Assembly (NCBI GenBank): GCA_964252035.1
Contig: OZ176203.1
Source of the DNA: Podarcis erhardii
Lineage: Eukaryota
Length of the DNA: 64,000 nucleotides
Direction: 5' to 3' (one strand)
In this document: positions 14,488-26,173 of the stretch, piece after piece
Numbering within the stretch: position 1 is the stretch's first letter
How the letters are laid out: every line of letters begins with the position of its first letter
Program-made: the position numbers and the translations under genes
Notes under the pieces: model-generated
Database searches by the model: none
The model's input: the letters and a program-made list of their open reading frames with translations, nothing else
What the model was told of the DNA's origin: nothing

Positions 14488-15450
14488 ATAATATGCAACC
14501 CATGAGGTCTTAAAGAGCACTTAGATAAAATACCTATCAACATGGTGTGTTCATGCTGTATTTTCATCTGAATGAATTTTAACAAGGAAAAACCAACAAG
14601 AACAATATGATATAGATATATTGTTTCAATATAGTGGCTACTCCTTTTTTTAAAATCTAATTACCAGAATTTTTTCTGCCACAACAAAATGATTTCATGG
14701 CTGTATGATTAAGTGATCTAACAGATGTTCCAACAGCAGAAGACATCAATGTTTTACTAAGAGTGAAGGAAACCCATTTTCTGTTGCCTTTTAGTCACAG
14801 GTAAGAAGCAATAGGACACTTTATGGGGTTAAATAAACAAAGAGATTTTTTCCCAGTGTTGCACAAGCAGCAAGTAATGTCAAGGATATTTCTAATTCCC
14901 CAAACTAAATGTGGTATTTATCAAAGCTTTCTTTCTTGATAATGATGCCACCTCTTACAAGGTTAAAAATCTTTAAGCTCAATTTTACGCTTCTAGGATC
15001 TGATGTTAAGTTCCTCGGGTAGCTCTAGTGATTCTTTCATCCCATCGGTCAAATAAAGAAAATTGATTCAGACCCTGTACAGAAGCAGAAGCAAAAATAT
15101 GCATGGTGTGCTAACACTGCTGCAAAATCCATATTCCGAGGTGAAGATCTATAAAATAGCTTTATAAAACAGCAAAAGGGTAGAACTTAGGCTATACTGA
15201 GTCTTTGCAAAAGAAGTGCTTGCAACATGTTTTCCCCAATACGTTTTTTCCATCTCGTTCGTTAAATGTCCATTCCCCAAATAGCTGCTGATTTGGTGCC
15301 ATTTCTTCAGACGTCTTCCTGATTTGAAGTAAACAAGGAATGCGTAGTAACTGTGATAAAGTCATGAGTATCATTAGCCAATCAGACTTGGCTATGTGAT
15401 GTTGCTGGGTCACTTCAGAGTAAAGGCAGTGCTTCCTGGGTCAGCAAATA

Positions 15451-15629
15451 CTGCATTAATGTGAATATAATGTGCCATTGAATATAATGTGCACCTCAAT
15501 TTTCAAAATCTTGAAACCAAAAAAAGTATTTGTGGTGAATGTAAATGCACCATTGAATCTAATGTGTGTCATAATTTTTGTGACATAATTTGGCTAAAAA
15601 AGTTGCACATTACATTCAAGTAAATATGG
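15451..15629. mobile_element. Decayed Tc1/mariner (pogo/Tc2-like) MITE
   Basis: Ends ctgcattaatgtgaatataatgtgc and gcacattacattcaagtaaatatgg are imperfect inverted repeats of the ccgtattt...gaatataa type. TA on the left side. Confidence 0.5.
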
Positions 15630-17179
15630 TGCTAGCATGCTTTTGTTATAGTATCTTTCCTCCCTATGACTGTGAAGAAGAGGAATTTTGACAGTTGTAA
15701 AAGTTCATGAAAAATGTCCCAATTTTGTTCAGCATTTGTAGAATATTTTGTGTAAAGAAAGGAGCATCTTTTCTGACCAGAATTCCTTGGGTCAGCCAGA
15801 TCAAAAGGCTACATGTTCCATTTTGCAGTCAAAGCAACCCAAGTGTTGGTTCCAATGTCTACCAATAAGCAACTGTTTTGGCAATATGGCCAACTGATTT
15901 CATGGAGGAAGGCCCACCAGTAATGAGCTGCTGTGCTCATTAGGCCTTACACTCAACCAAGATTGTGGAGATGGCGTTTTTGCTAATAAAGCGTTAACTC
16001 CAACTTTGGACTGTGTGATTACTGACCGGCACAGTCTGTGACAGTGTAGTAAGAATGTCTGTGGGCTGAATCATATTTAATATGTGGTTGAAAATGGATG
16101 GATGGATTGATTGATATAATCACTGTGGGTGAATGAGGCATCAGGTTTTATTCTGTCACTAATGCACAAAGTCCCCTTGCCACAAAATTTCCCCATGAAC
16201 TTCTGTGGAGTGGGCAGCACTGGGCAAGCAAATGGATACTCACTGTAGAAGCTCTGGAACAGGGCAACTTAAGCTTACAGGACATACATCATAGGATTCT
16301 CTACATTTCTGTTAGCTCCTATAGTCTTGGTAAACTTATCTTCAATTACTGTTATACCACTTGAGAATGTGATTGTTCTATTTTATTATTATTATTATTT
16401 TGCAAACCTATTTGATTGATAATTGAAATGATACTTCATAAAGATTCATACAACAGGGATTTTGATTTAACTTTTCTCACTGTTGTGCTAAGCATAAAAT
16501 TTTCATTCCCAGACTTATGAGTCTCTTGATCCCCATCCTTCGTTTGTTTTTGTTAATATTCTGAGGCTGATTTTGAATTAACCAACAAGAATGCTGGGAA
16601 CGCCTGCATTAACACAAGTTACTACACTGATTTTTTTAAACAGACTTATACATTTTCCTCAAGTGGAACAATGTGCTTAATAGAGTAGATCTCATTGCTC
16701 CCATACTGCTAGATAAAATTGCCACATGTTTTTCTCTCTTTTAAAGAAGCACCCAGAGTGTAACACACCATGGGCTTCTGTGCTTTTCTTTTGTCTGAAT
16801 GGAATATACACAGGTAATAAAAATTAGGGATAAGTTTCAGCTGAGTAGTTGTAATTAGAACGGAACGAAAAGGGGAAGTGCTTTTCAATGAAATTTTCCC
16901 AAGCCAAGAAAAGCACGTCTATTGGCCATTTATCACAGCCCCCTGTAAAAGGGGGTATAAAACGTTCATGGGAAGCAGATGTCAGTGGGTGAGAGAATCC
17001 TTTGTTGTTGCCAAGACAACTGAGTCAATGTTTTGTCATTCTCTGCTGTCCCTACAGTGCTGCGTAGAGAAACCTGGAGCATTTGCTCAGTTGCCCTGGC
17101 AATGGGAATGCACTCCCACCCTCTGTATCCCTGCCCGCAAATTGTGGACAATTTGCATTCAGTGATATCACCATATAGC

Positions 17180-17628
17180 CAAATCTTATTGGCTACATGT
17201 TACTGGATATGATCACACATTGACTGAGATTAGTCAAGGCAAGATCCTAGCAAAAAGGTAGGAGGTAGCAAAAGGGGGTGGGGGGCATCAGTGGCTTCTG
17301 ACAGATGGGAACCACTATGAAAAATTGTAGGATTAAATTTTGTGTGGCGGTGGTGGCAGAGCAATTTGTAAAATCTTTGCTTTCCCCTCAAAAGCTTTTC
17401 AAGACTGCAAATTTAGCACAGCCTTATCTCTCATTGCCCTTGCGAAAAAGAGGAATTGTTGCCTCCTGGATTTTGTATGTCACATTTCATACCTCTAGAT
17501 ATCTGCTTTCAAATCCTGAGCTATGTAGCCGTAAGAGTCAAGGGCTCTGATATAGCTGTAGAATCTTGCCTTGACTAATCTCAGCCAATGTGGGATCATA
17601 TCCAGTACCATGTAGCCAATAAGATTTG
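17180..17628. repeat. Long inverted repeat: 66 bp arms (17180-17245 and 17563-17628), 3 mismatches, 317 bp spacer; possibly the TIRs of a foldback/MITE element
   Basis: The reverse complement of the left arm matches the right arm at 63/66 positions. No clear TSD. Confidence 0.85.
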
Positions 17629-17750
17629 AGGACAGCATGTAAAGATTGGCAGCCCCATATGTATTAGGATCAAAAAGCAACATCCAATCAGTTTGACAGG
17701 GGCAGTTGCATGACTTTATCACCTGATTGTCTTTAAGAGTCCCAGGTGGA

Positions 17751-17794
17751 GATAGATGATAGATGATAGAGAGATGATAGATTATAGATGATAG

Positions 17795-17835
<41 letters not shown>
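17751..17835. repeat. (GATA)n microsatellite with interrupted left part
   Basis: Direct reading. Confidence 0.95.
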
Positions 17836-20800
17836 TAAATAATGGTGAGGAACTGTTTAAGTGGCTACAACCTTTAAATATTACATATATACCACAGGAC
17901 AAACACATAGAAAAGTTGTTCTTACTATTTTGCCATGATGTGAAGGATATCAGAGGGTACTTCATATCATAAGAGGAGGTGAGGCCTGGTAACTTAGCAG
18001 TGAGTGACCAATCTTGGGTATTCCAAGTAGACAGCCTCCTGGCTCCCCACTTCAAGTAAAGCCCAGGGAAAGACATCATAAGATAGCTTATGATTCAGGG
18101 GCCAGAAGACATGCAAACAAATACCATTTTTCAAAAATAAAATAAAATAATGCAGACTCTAGTGCCAGGACACAAAGAGCAAAGAGACTGCAGCAGATCT
18201 GAGTAAGGTCCAGACCAGACTATTTGGCAGTGACTCCACTGTTTTCTGAGAGGAAATTGGATGCTTCATGTGCCAGCTATGCCACTCCTCTTTTGATGCC
18301 TGGCCACTGTTGATGCAACATCTCATCCAGGTGAGCTCCCAGCAACCTGTATGGGACAGCTCTCTTGCTCTTGAAGACTCCTGGTCCCTGATACCTTAGA
18401 CTGCTCCCCAACATAGCTAGTGAGAGGAAGAGCTAAGCCACACAACTCTAGTGGCTGGAAGAGGACACTATGCAGGTCTGAAACCCTGGTAGTGCACCTT
18501 GGCTTATTCTATTACATGACTGTAATGTGTTCCTTGTTGTGTTAGTAGACTTATGAAGCAGAGGATCTTGCCTCAGTCAAAGACCGAACTGGGGGGGTTG
18601 GGGGTTGGGATGCTGCAGCAGCTGCCACAACTATAACATCCAATGGAAGGCGAGAGCGGGGGGGGGGGCACCAGATTTTGGCATTGCACAAGGCACTACT
18701 GAAATTTGAGACACCAAGGTCCGCCACTGCCTCAGTGCAGGTTATGCTCCAAGCCCCAGCTCTACAATTTAATGGCATTAGCATAAAACAGCACTGAGAA
18801 GGGATTAAAGTTACATGATTCAAGTGTCATATCTCAAGACATTTTCCACTCAGTTGCCTTCATCTTTGTTTATCATGCATGCAGCATGATAGCTAAATTT
18901 CTGTAAAACATAAACTGAAAGTAAATTAATCTCCTCTATAGAATGAAATAATTTGCATTTAAAGCTATTTGCCAATAAATTAGAACCTATGGTAATCAAT
19001 TGTTGTGTGTGTGTGTGTGTATGTGTGTGTGTGTGTTTTAAAAAGCCTTGACAAATACTACAAATGGTTATAATCCCTTGAGGGGAAAAGCTGTAGCTAA
19101 TTTCTTAGTATGATTAGCTTCATATCAGCAAGCCAGCAGGGAAATAATTATGCGTGAAATGATAAGTAGGCATTTATATTTGCTGGAGTAAGGTTTTGTC
19201 TTTAAACAAAAAAAATAAATAAAAATTGCTTCAAGCTCTGGTATGGAGTTCAATGAAGGTGGTTCACATATTGAAACATTTTTCATGCAATAAAAGAGCC
19301 AATTTTAAATGGGGGACTGTCGTAGACCAAGTCAGACCTTTAGCTAAGCATTGGCTTGCAGTGGCTCTCTAGGGATTAAGTCACGAGTCATTATCAGATC
19401 TGCCTGGAGAGCAGAAAGAAGATGAAGTGGAATTAGCTCAAAACTAAACTGGGCAGCTCCGTCCCTTTGTGATTGGTCACCTCACCATAGGTAACCTCCT
19501 CAACCCTTCTCTTGGGAAATTCCTTCAAGAAAGGGTGGTGATGATGCAAAGCTGTCATTGCTAATGGTAGAACACCATTCTCAAATCTACTTAGATATAT
19601 GGCAGGGATCAAACTTAGGACCATCCACATGCAAAAGCATGTGCTGTGCCCTTAAGGAATAGTTGAATTTAAGGGACTGCACTATTGAGCTCTGTTATGA
19701 TGGAAAAAAGAACAGGCAATACTGTTCTTAAGGCTACCCTAAGCCTACATGTCTTCTCTTTATTTTATTAACTGAATCATGTTCATAGCCCCATTGGCCA
19801 GCTAATGCAGATGTACAGAAAGAGACGCACACAAAAATAGTTTCATGCCAGAGACATTAGAGATTAGGTTTCATATGTCTAGTGTTCCACCAATGCGTTC
19901 CAATTCATTTCCGCATTTTCATGACCAAAATAGATTGGACAGTCTATAAGGCAGAAAGGACATTTATCACATTATGAAGTAGTAAACCAAGGGCTGCCAT
20001 CTAGCGTACAATTGATAGGAAGTCACAATCAATCCCAGCTGCCACACAAGTGTATATATAACATGTGCAGAGGTTCCATGAAATCAAAATTGGTGCTTTG
20101 CTAAGAAGTTCACCATGAAGCTTATAGATAGAGAACTATGAAATGGGCTGAAACTGAAACCTTTTGACCACGTGGCATTTTATCCTCCCACAACTCGATC
20201 ACCCAAGATTTCTGCTCTAAATCTTACATTCTAGCCACTTCACAATGTTCATGCAACATCCAGCTGGGATATCAGCCCATTTTTATAAGTCCAGAAAAAT
20301 CCAAGGTTAGATTGGACTGGCCTGAGTTTATATCGTAATTTTCCATAGGGAAGATTTGTCATTAGGTCTGCCATTTTTTAATGGTTACTTCTTGATAGCT
20401 ACATAAAGATGAACAGGTCTTCTCAGGGGTCCAGAGAAACCCAGCCCTCTTCCAGCTTTACTATGTGCACAATTAAAAGAGAAGGCCAAACACCACAGGA
20501 ATGCAGCAATAAGAACTATGTGGCTGGGGGTTGTTGTGTAGCTTTGAAATATTCAGTGAGTTACAATTACTGGAAATAACAAAGTTGAAAATCATTAGGC
20601 CCCAATATCATTATGCTACTTAATAATATGTAAAATGAATTATTTCTGCAATGGCTCAATAATTATTTCAGAGAGAGAGAAAGAGAGCATGATCTCGCTA
20701 AAGTTTCTTTAGATGTTTCAGTTCCCACTATTTCCAAGAAGAAATTAAGCACATGCACACATCTCTGTTATTGAAAGCAGTGATGAAGTGTATTTAGGCA

Positions 20801-21488
20801 GGCTAGATTGTGCCCACTGCTTCTACTCTCATTGTTTCATAATTTCTTGTATCCATATAAAAAGAAGTTAGAAATCAGAGTGGGGATGAATTATGAATCC
20901 CTTTGTTCTGCTTTGTTATAAGGAAAAAAAACACAAAACCATAATTCTTCAGCGTGGAGGAGTCTAATAATAAGATAGGAAAAAGTACCAGCCGTGTAGT
21001 AATACAAATTTAAATTATGATGCCTATGGCTATGGTGCTTTCATTTGGCAATTATAATTATTGCTCAGTTTCTTGTAGTGGCTGAGCATGGAATTGTCCT
21101 TCCAAGGTACTGTCATTCCAATTTAGTTCAAAATATGCTGATGAACTTGAAGAAACAAAAGTATATTCTTGAAAGATTAATTTATAGGATAAATGAGTGT
21201 TGAATCTCTTTGTTCTCAGGCTTGGTACACTGTGCCAATTAAATTAATTAGTAATCCATGCTTATTATTAAAACTGTATAACTCCTTGGAAGATTAGCAA
21301 ATGCAAAATGTAAAAAAAAAAAAAAAAAAAGCATACTAGTGTAGCCTTAATTCATCTCTGCTCAGGAATGAAATGAAACAGTTAATACGTTGCACAGGAA
21401 AATAATAAACACTATTGTATGTCCCCCTTTTCCACTGCAGTAGGAAGAGTTGGATAGGCTGGAAATACCATCAGCCAGGCTCAATGGT

Positions 21489-21855
21489 GTAAAGGTAAGA
21501 GGTAAAGGACCCTTGGATGGTTAAATCTAGTCAAAGGTGACAATAGGGTTGCGGCGCTCATCTCACTTCAGACTGAGGGAGCTGGCCTTTGTCCACAGAC
21601 AGCTTTCCGGGTCATGTGGCCAGCAGAACTAAACCACTTCTGGTGCAATGGAACACCATGATGGAAAACAGAGTGCACGGAAATGTCATTTACCTTCCCA
21701 CTGCAATCGTACCTCTCTATCTACTTGCACTGGCATGCTTTTGAACTGCTAGGTTGGCAGAAGCTGGGACAGAGCAACGGCAGCTCACTCCATTGTGGGG
21801 ATTTGAACCACCAACCTTCTGATTGGCAAGCCCAAGAGGCTCAGTGGTTTAGACC
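21489..21855 (-). mobile_element. Sauria SINE, slightly 5'-truncated
   Basis: The plus strand starts with the gtaaaggtaa tail and contains ggtcatgtggccagc, tttaccttccc, ctacttgcactggcatgcttttgaactgctaggttggcag and atttgaacc..aaccttctga (B box). Confidence 0.9.
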
Positions 21856-24220
21856 TGGTAGGAAGTTGTATAGGTGAGGCTAGTGAGAAGACTAAAGGAT
21901 CTATGTTATATCATTAAAATAAAAAAGGCATATGCTCTATCAGAGGCTATGGCAAAGTAATTTTAGATTATAGCCCCAGATATACACTTTACTCTCTAGT
22001 TGGTTGGTTTTTGAAATAAAAGTGTAAAGAAAGATTCTTGCCAATTGGCTTCCAGAGATATATTCCAATATATAAGTGGTGGCAGGGAGGCACATGGGCT
22101 CCACTTCAGTCAACAAAATATCTTGGGCCAATACTGGGCAGATAGCATTGTGTTATTCCATACATAAAACCTGCACAGATAGCACTGGAATGATTATATC
22201 CTCCCCATGGATTGTCTATTTCATCTGAATTCTTTACTTGAGTTCCCTATATGCAGTTACATCACAATGACTTTTTGTTGTTGTTGCACAGAATATAGAT
22301 CTCAGAATCAGTCTGGGGATGTTTTCATTCTGCACAGAAGGATCCGATTTGGATTTGTGTATGTGGAACAGTTATTTGGGCCTGTCAAAACCTACTAATG
22401 TAGGGTGATAAGTTGGTTGAAACGTTACTAAGCAAACTATTGAAAGTACCGTATGTTTCAGGTGGATACAGCATTGAATTCAAGCGACAAGTGAATGCAG
22501 ATGAAACACCAGTGATAAGCACTCGAAATGCAATGTGAATGCAAGTTAAGTGATTTTCTTTCTCTTTCTTTTTTAAAGGAAATGGAATGTAATAAAGTTC
22601 TTTTCTGTCTTGCTGATCCTATTGACATCTCTTGACATTTTAAAAAAGAGGAGTGCACAAAAATCGGTATTTTTTGGCTATCAAATTTTACAAAATTGAA
22701 GAGGGCGAAAAAGTAAGATGCTTTTAGAAAGATGTTGTTTGAATAGAAGGAAGAACAAAGTCCTCTTCAGTCATTCTCAAGATGAGTTAAGTGAACACAT
22801 GGGCAGCAGGAGTGAAAGTGCTAGTTCCACCCTCCACGGCTGTTAACAGTCTCCAACCATGAATTGAATGGTTTGCCATTTCAAGCAGGGAGCCTCTTGT
22901 ACCTATACAGAACTACTTGTGTTTTTGCAACCCTGGAAAAATCATAGTTCTGATACACACAGAAGTTAAAAAGGCTCCTGATTCAGACCATTGCCAGTAG
23001 CCACCCTCCAATGCATGATGGGTGACTGGGATGGCAATGGGGGTAGAACTAGCATTTTCTTCCCCACTGCTCTTCTTCCAACATGTGTTACTGAACTGGC
23101 ACATAGAATGCCTGCAGAGTGCTTATTTAAAATTCCATTGATCCATCATTGCCAGCAAACAATGAATAAAGCTTGTGACAAAATTAAATAGCAAAAAGTG
23201 GTTATATTTATGAAATATAATACATTAGAAGATCTGCAATGCAATCAAATCAAAGGAGTTCTAGAAAGTGAGCTTATTTAATAAGGAATGATTAAATTTC
23301 TCCCACATTTACAACCATTATCTGTGGCCGCACATAAAAGGCTTGGAAGTAAATTCTTCCTCCATAGATAAATTCTTCGAGCTCCTCTACTACAAGGTTG
23401 TGGCTTGTTGCAACCAAACAGTAACCAAGAGAAGAAAGAAGTCTTCCTTATGGATCAATCCCATGAGTGCTTCAAAAATGTCTGTAACTGTTCACATGGC
23501 ATGAGAAGGGTAAAATCTAATACAAAGGCTGAATGTCAATTTGCCTTGAATATGTCATAAACTATCTGAATTTACATATGGCATGTAGCTAACCTTTCCA
23601 GACTTAGTATCTAACACAGAAAGTACCGACTTCATAATGCAGCAAATTGCTCTTTAACATTTCTTTGCATCAACAAATAAGGATTGTTTTTCCTCCACAT
23701 TTTATTAGATAATCCTTGCAAGAATAGATACTAATTTTGTCTCTTACCATAAAATGTTCATTTTGGCAATACTATATCTTCTGGAAGAAAGCAGCCCTTT
23801 ACAACGTGACAGAGAAAAGCAATTTCTTTAACAATATATTGAAGACAAAGCCTCCGAATGTAAATACTTGGTGGTAGAGGAACAGAGGGAAGAAATTACT
23901 TGATAGGTTATTTGTCTAGTTATGTTTGTAAAAATAAGTGCTAAGTCCACATTTTCTGTGGCAGTAGACTGGAGAACTGCATTGAGCTGGTGATTTGATT
24001 TTAATGGCAGGGACACTAGACTTTACAAATAAAAATTTCCTAATGTTTGGTCCAAGTCACAACACTGATACATGCAATGGGCAGGATCTACAGAGTCCGA
24101 AATGCATGCCAGATGTTTCTGCCAGTTGTTTGCTGCAGCCCCTCATCATACATTGAATCCAATGGTGTGGGGTGATTTTTTACTCCCTTTTGAATTTCTC
24201 TCCCCTTAATCAAGTGCTTT

Positions 24221-24290
24221 GACTCACAACAGTATTTTAATGCATGATTGGATTACTTCTAATGTATGCATTAAAATACTGTTGTGAGTC
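24221..24290. repeat. Perfect 25 bp inverted repeat with 20 bp spacer, overlapping the end of the adjacent LTR
   Basis: gactcacaacagtattttaatgcat (24221-24245) and atgcattaaaatactgttgtgagtc (24266-24290). Confidence 0.95.
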
Positions 24291-25016
24291 GAGGCCCCGC
24301 TCCCTGCTTTGTGATGAAATAAGACACATGGACACAAATATTTTAGGTTAATGGGCTAAAAAAGGCCACAACTTTATTGGTTACAGAATGTGAGTGGTAT
24401 TGGCTTAGGTATTGGATCCGAACAGACTATACTTGACGCCTGCCCACTCTGCAGGGAGTCATGCAAGGGTTAACAACCTGTAGGGGGAGCTTGTTGATGC
24501 AAATCAACTGGAAGCTTTCCCTTAGAGTCACTGGGGGGTCGTGCCATGGCCCTAGCCACCACAGGAACCACAACCTCCGGATTCCTTTAACGGAATACCC
24601 TTCAAGGGGTGGGGTAGGTGATGGCCACAACCTCCCCTCCAACACACAGCACATTTTCCAATGCCTAACCGCCAAACCTTACAATGTTGTGACGATTTGG
24701 TATGAGGAAGGCAAAAAACCCAAGTGGCCGGTGCCAATCTGCCAAGCGGAAAAAATTCCTACCAGGCCCCCTCAACAGATGGCCAACTGATGTCCATAGC
24801 AAGGTCAGGTGTTGAGTGCAAGACCTAGAGGGAGGGGGGTGGGAGATCCGAGGAAGCTGGAGCAAACAGGAGCAGCTCGTGGGCCCACAGCCGTGTAAAT
24901 GTGGCCAAACCATGCTCCCCAGCCAGCCAGGGACATAACGCGGGCCCTGGACTCCATGACGCAGGGGGTGCAGCCACGCCCGCTAAGAGCATGGGATGTG
25001 ATTCCCGCTCACAACC
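24280..25016 (-). mobile_element. Solo LTR (ERV-like), ~737 bp
   Basis: Terminal inverted ends tgttgtgag...ctcacaac(c). AATAAA on the minus strand at 24373-24378, about 90 bp from the end. Colinear homology blocks with the LTR at 36327-37093. No TSD found. Confidence 0.75.
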
Positions 25017-25275
25017 CCTCCCCTCTGGGAAGAGGAGAGGCTTTTTTTTATTGCCATTCCTTTTGGAGGCTAAATTTTGATTGAAATCAACACCTGCATT
25101 TATGTACAGAGTACTATGCAAACTGGAACACTGAGTTCTGTTCTATGAAAAGCAAAATGCCGCTTTCCTATAAAGATGAATTGGGAAGCCTGTGGATGTG
25201 AGGTTTAGGAAGACTGCAGTCAGTTACTTCTTCCAGGGAGCTGTGTGCACCAACTTTGGCCCTATCTGCATTGTA

Positions 25276-25517
25276 CAGTGGTACCTCGGGTTACATACAC
25301 TTCAGGTTACGGACGCTTCAGGTTACAGACTCTGCTAACCCAGAAATAATACCTCGGGTTAAGAACTTTGGTTCAGAATGAGAACAGAAATTGTGCTCTG
25401 GCGGCACGGCAGCAGTGGGGGGCCCCATTAGCTAAAGTGGTGCTTCAGGTTAAGAACAGTTTCAGGTTAAGAACGGACCTCCGGAACGAATTAAGTACTT
25501 AACCCGAGGTACCATTG
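25276..25517. mobile_element. Tc1/mariner (Tigger/pogo-like) MITE, copy 1
   Basis: TIRs cagtggtacctcgggtta / taacccgaggtaccattg, TA on both sides, repeated internal cttcaggtta motifs. Confidence 0.92.
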
Positions 25518-25525
25518 TATATCTG

Positions 25526-25818
25526 CACTGTATATTTAAAGCAGTATTTTGCTTTCCCCCCAAAGAATCCTGGGAACTGTAATTTGTTGAGGGTGCTAAG
25601 AGTTGTTGGGAGATCCTCATTCCCTCACAGAGGTACATTTCCCAGAGTTCTCTGGGTGGGAAGAGGGTCTGGCTGTTAAACCACTCTAAAAACTGCAGCT
25701 CTTCGGATGGAAACAACAGTCTCCTGATAATTCTCAGCACCAAACAACAGTTCCCAGGATTCTTTGGGAGAAGCCATGAGGATTTAAAGTGCCACAAAGC
25801 TGCTTTAAATGTATAGTG
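25526..25818. mobile_element. Palindromic non-autonomous DNA element (MITE)
   Basis: Outer IR cactgtatatttaaagcag / ctgctttaaatgtatagtg (17/19). Inner perfect 22 bp IR cccaaagaatcctgggaactgt / acagttcccaggattctttggg. Confidence 0.75.
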
Positions 25819-25829
25819 GAAATGGGGTA

Positions 25830-26114
25830 TTCAGCTCTGAGATCCAGCACCAAGGGCATTCTGGCAGTTCCCTCATTGCGAGAAGTGAAGATACAGGGAA
25901 CCAGACAGAGGGCCTTCTCGGTAGTGGCGCCCGCCATGTGGAATGCCCTCCCTTCAGATGTGAAGGAAATAACCAGCTATCTTACCTTTAAAAGACATCT
26001 GAAGGCAGCCCTGTTTAGGGAAGTTTTTAATATTTAATGCTGTATTGGTTTTAACACTTGATTGGGATCCACCCAGAGTGGCTGGGGAAACTCAGCCAGA
26101 TGAGCGGGGTATAA

Positions 26115-26169
<55 letters not shown>
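25830..26169 (+). mobile_element. 5'-truncated young L2 LINE 3' end with (TTA)n tail
   Basis: Translates ...VPSLREVKIQGTRQRAFSVVAPAMWNALPSDVK...TFKRHLKAALF (ORF 25789-26037), then the 3' UTR ...agtggctggggaaactcagccagatg..ggggtataaat and (tta)n. Confidence 0.9.

Positions 26170-26173
<4 letters not shown>

Noticed and set aside
17495-18079. 194 aa minus-strand ORF
   Set aside because: It reads through a (GATA)n microsatellite (IYLSIYLS...) and one arm of an inverted repeat, so it is an artefact.
24579-24640. Shared LTR motif as a known ribozyme (hammerhead, HDV-like, twister, pistol)
   Set aside because: It lacks the CUGANGA/GAAA core, the first loop is too short for the HDV nested pseudoknot, and it has no twister or pistol consensus.
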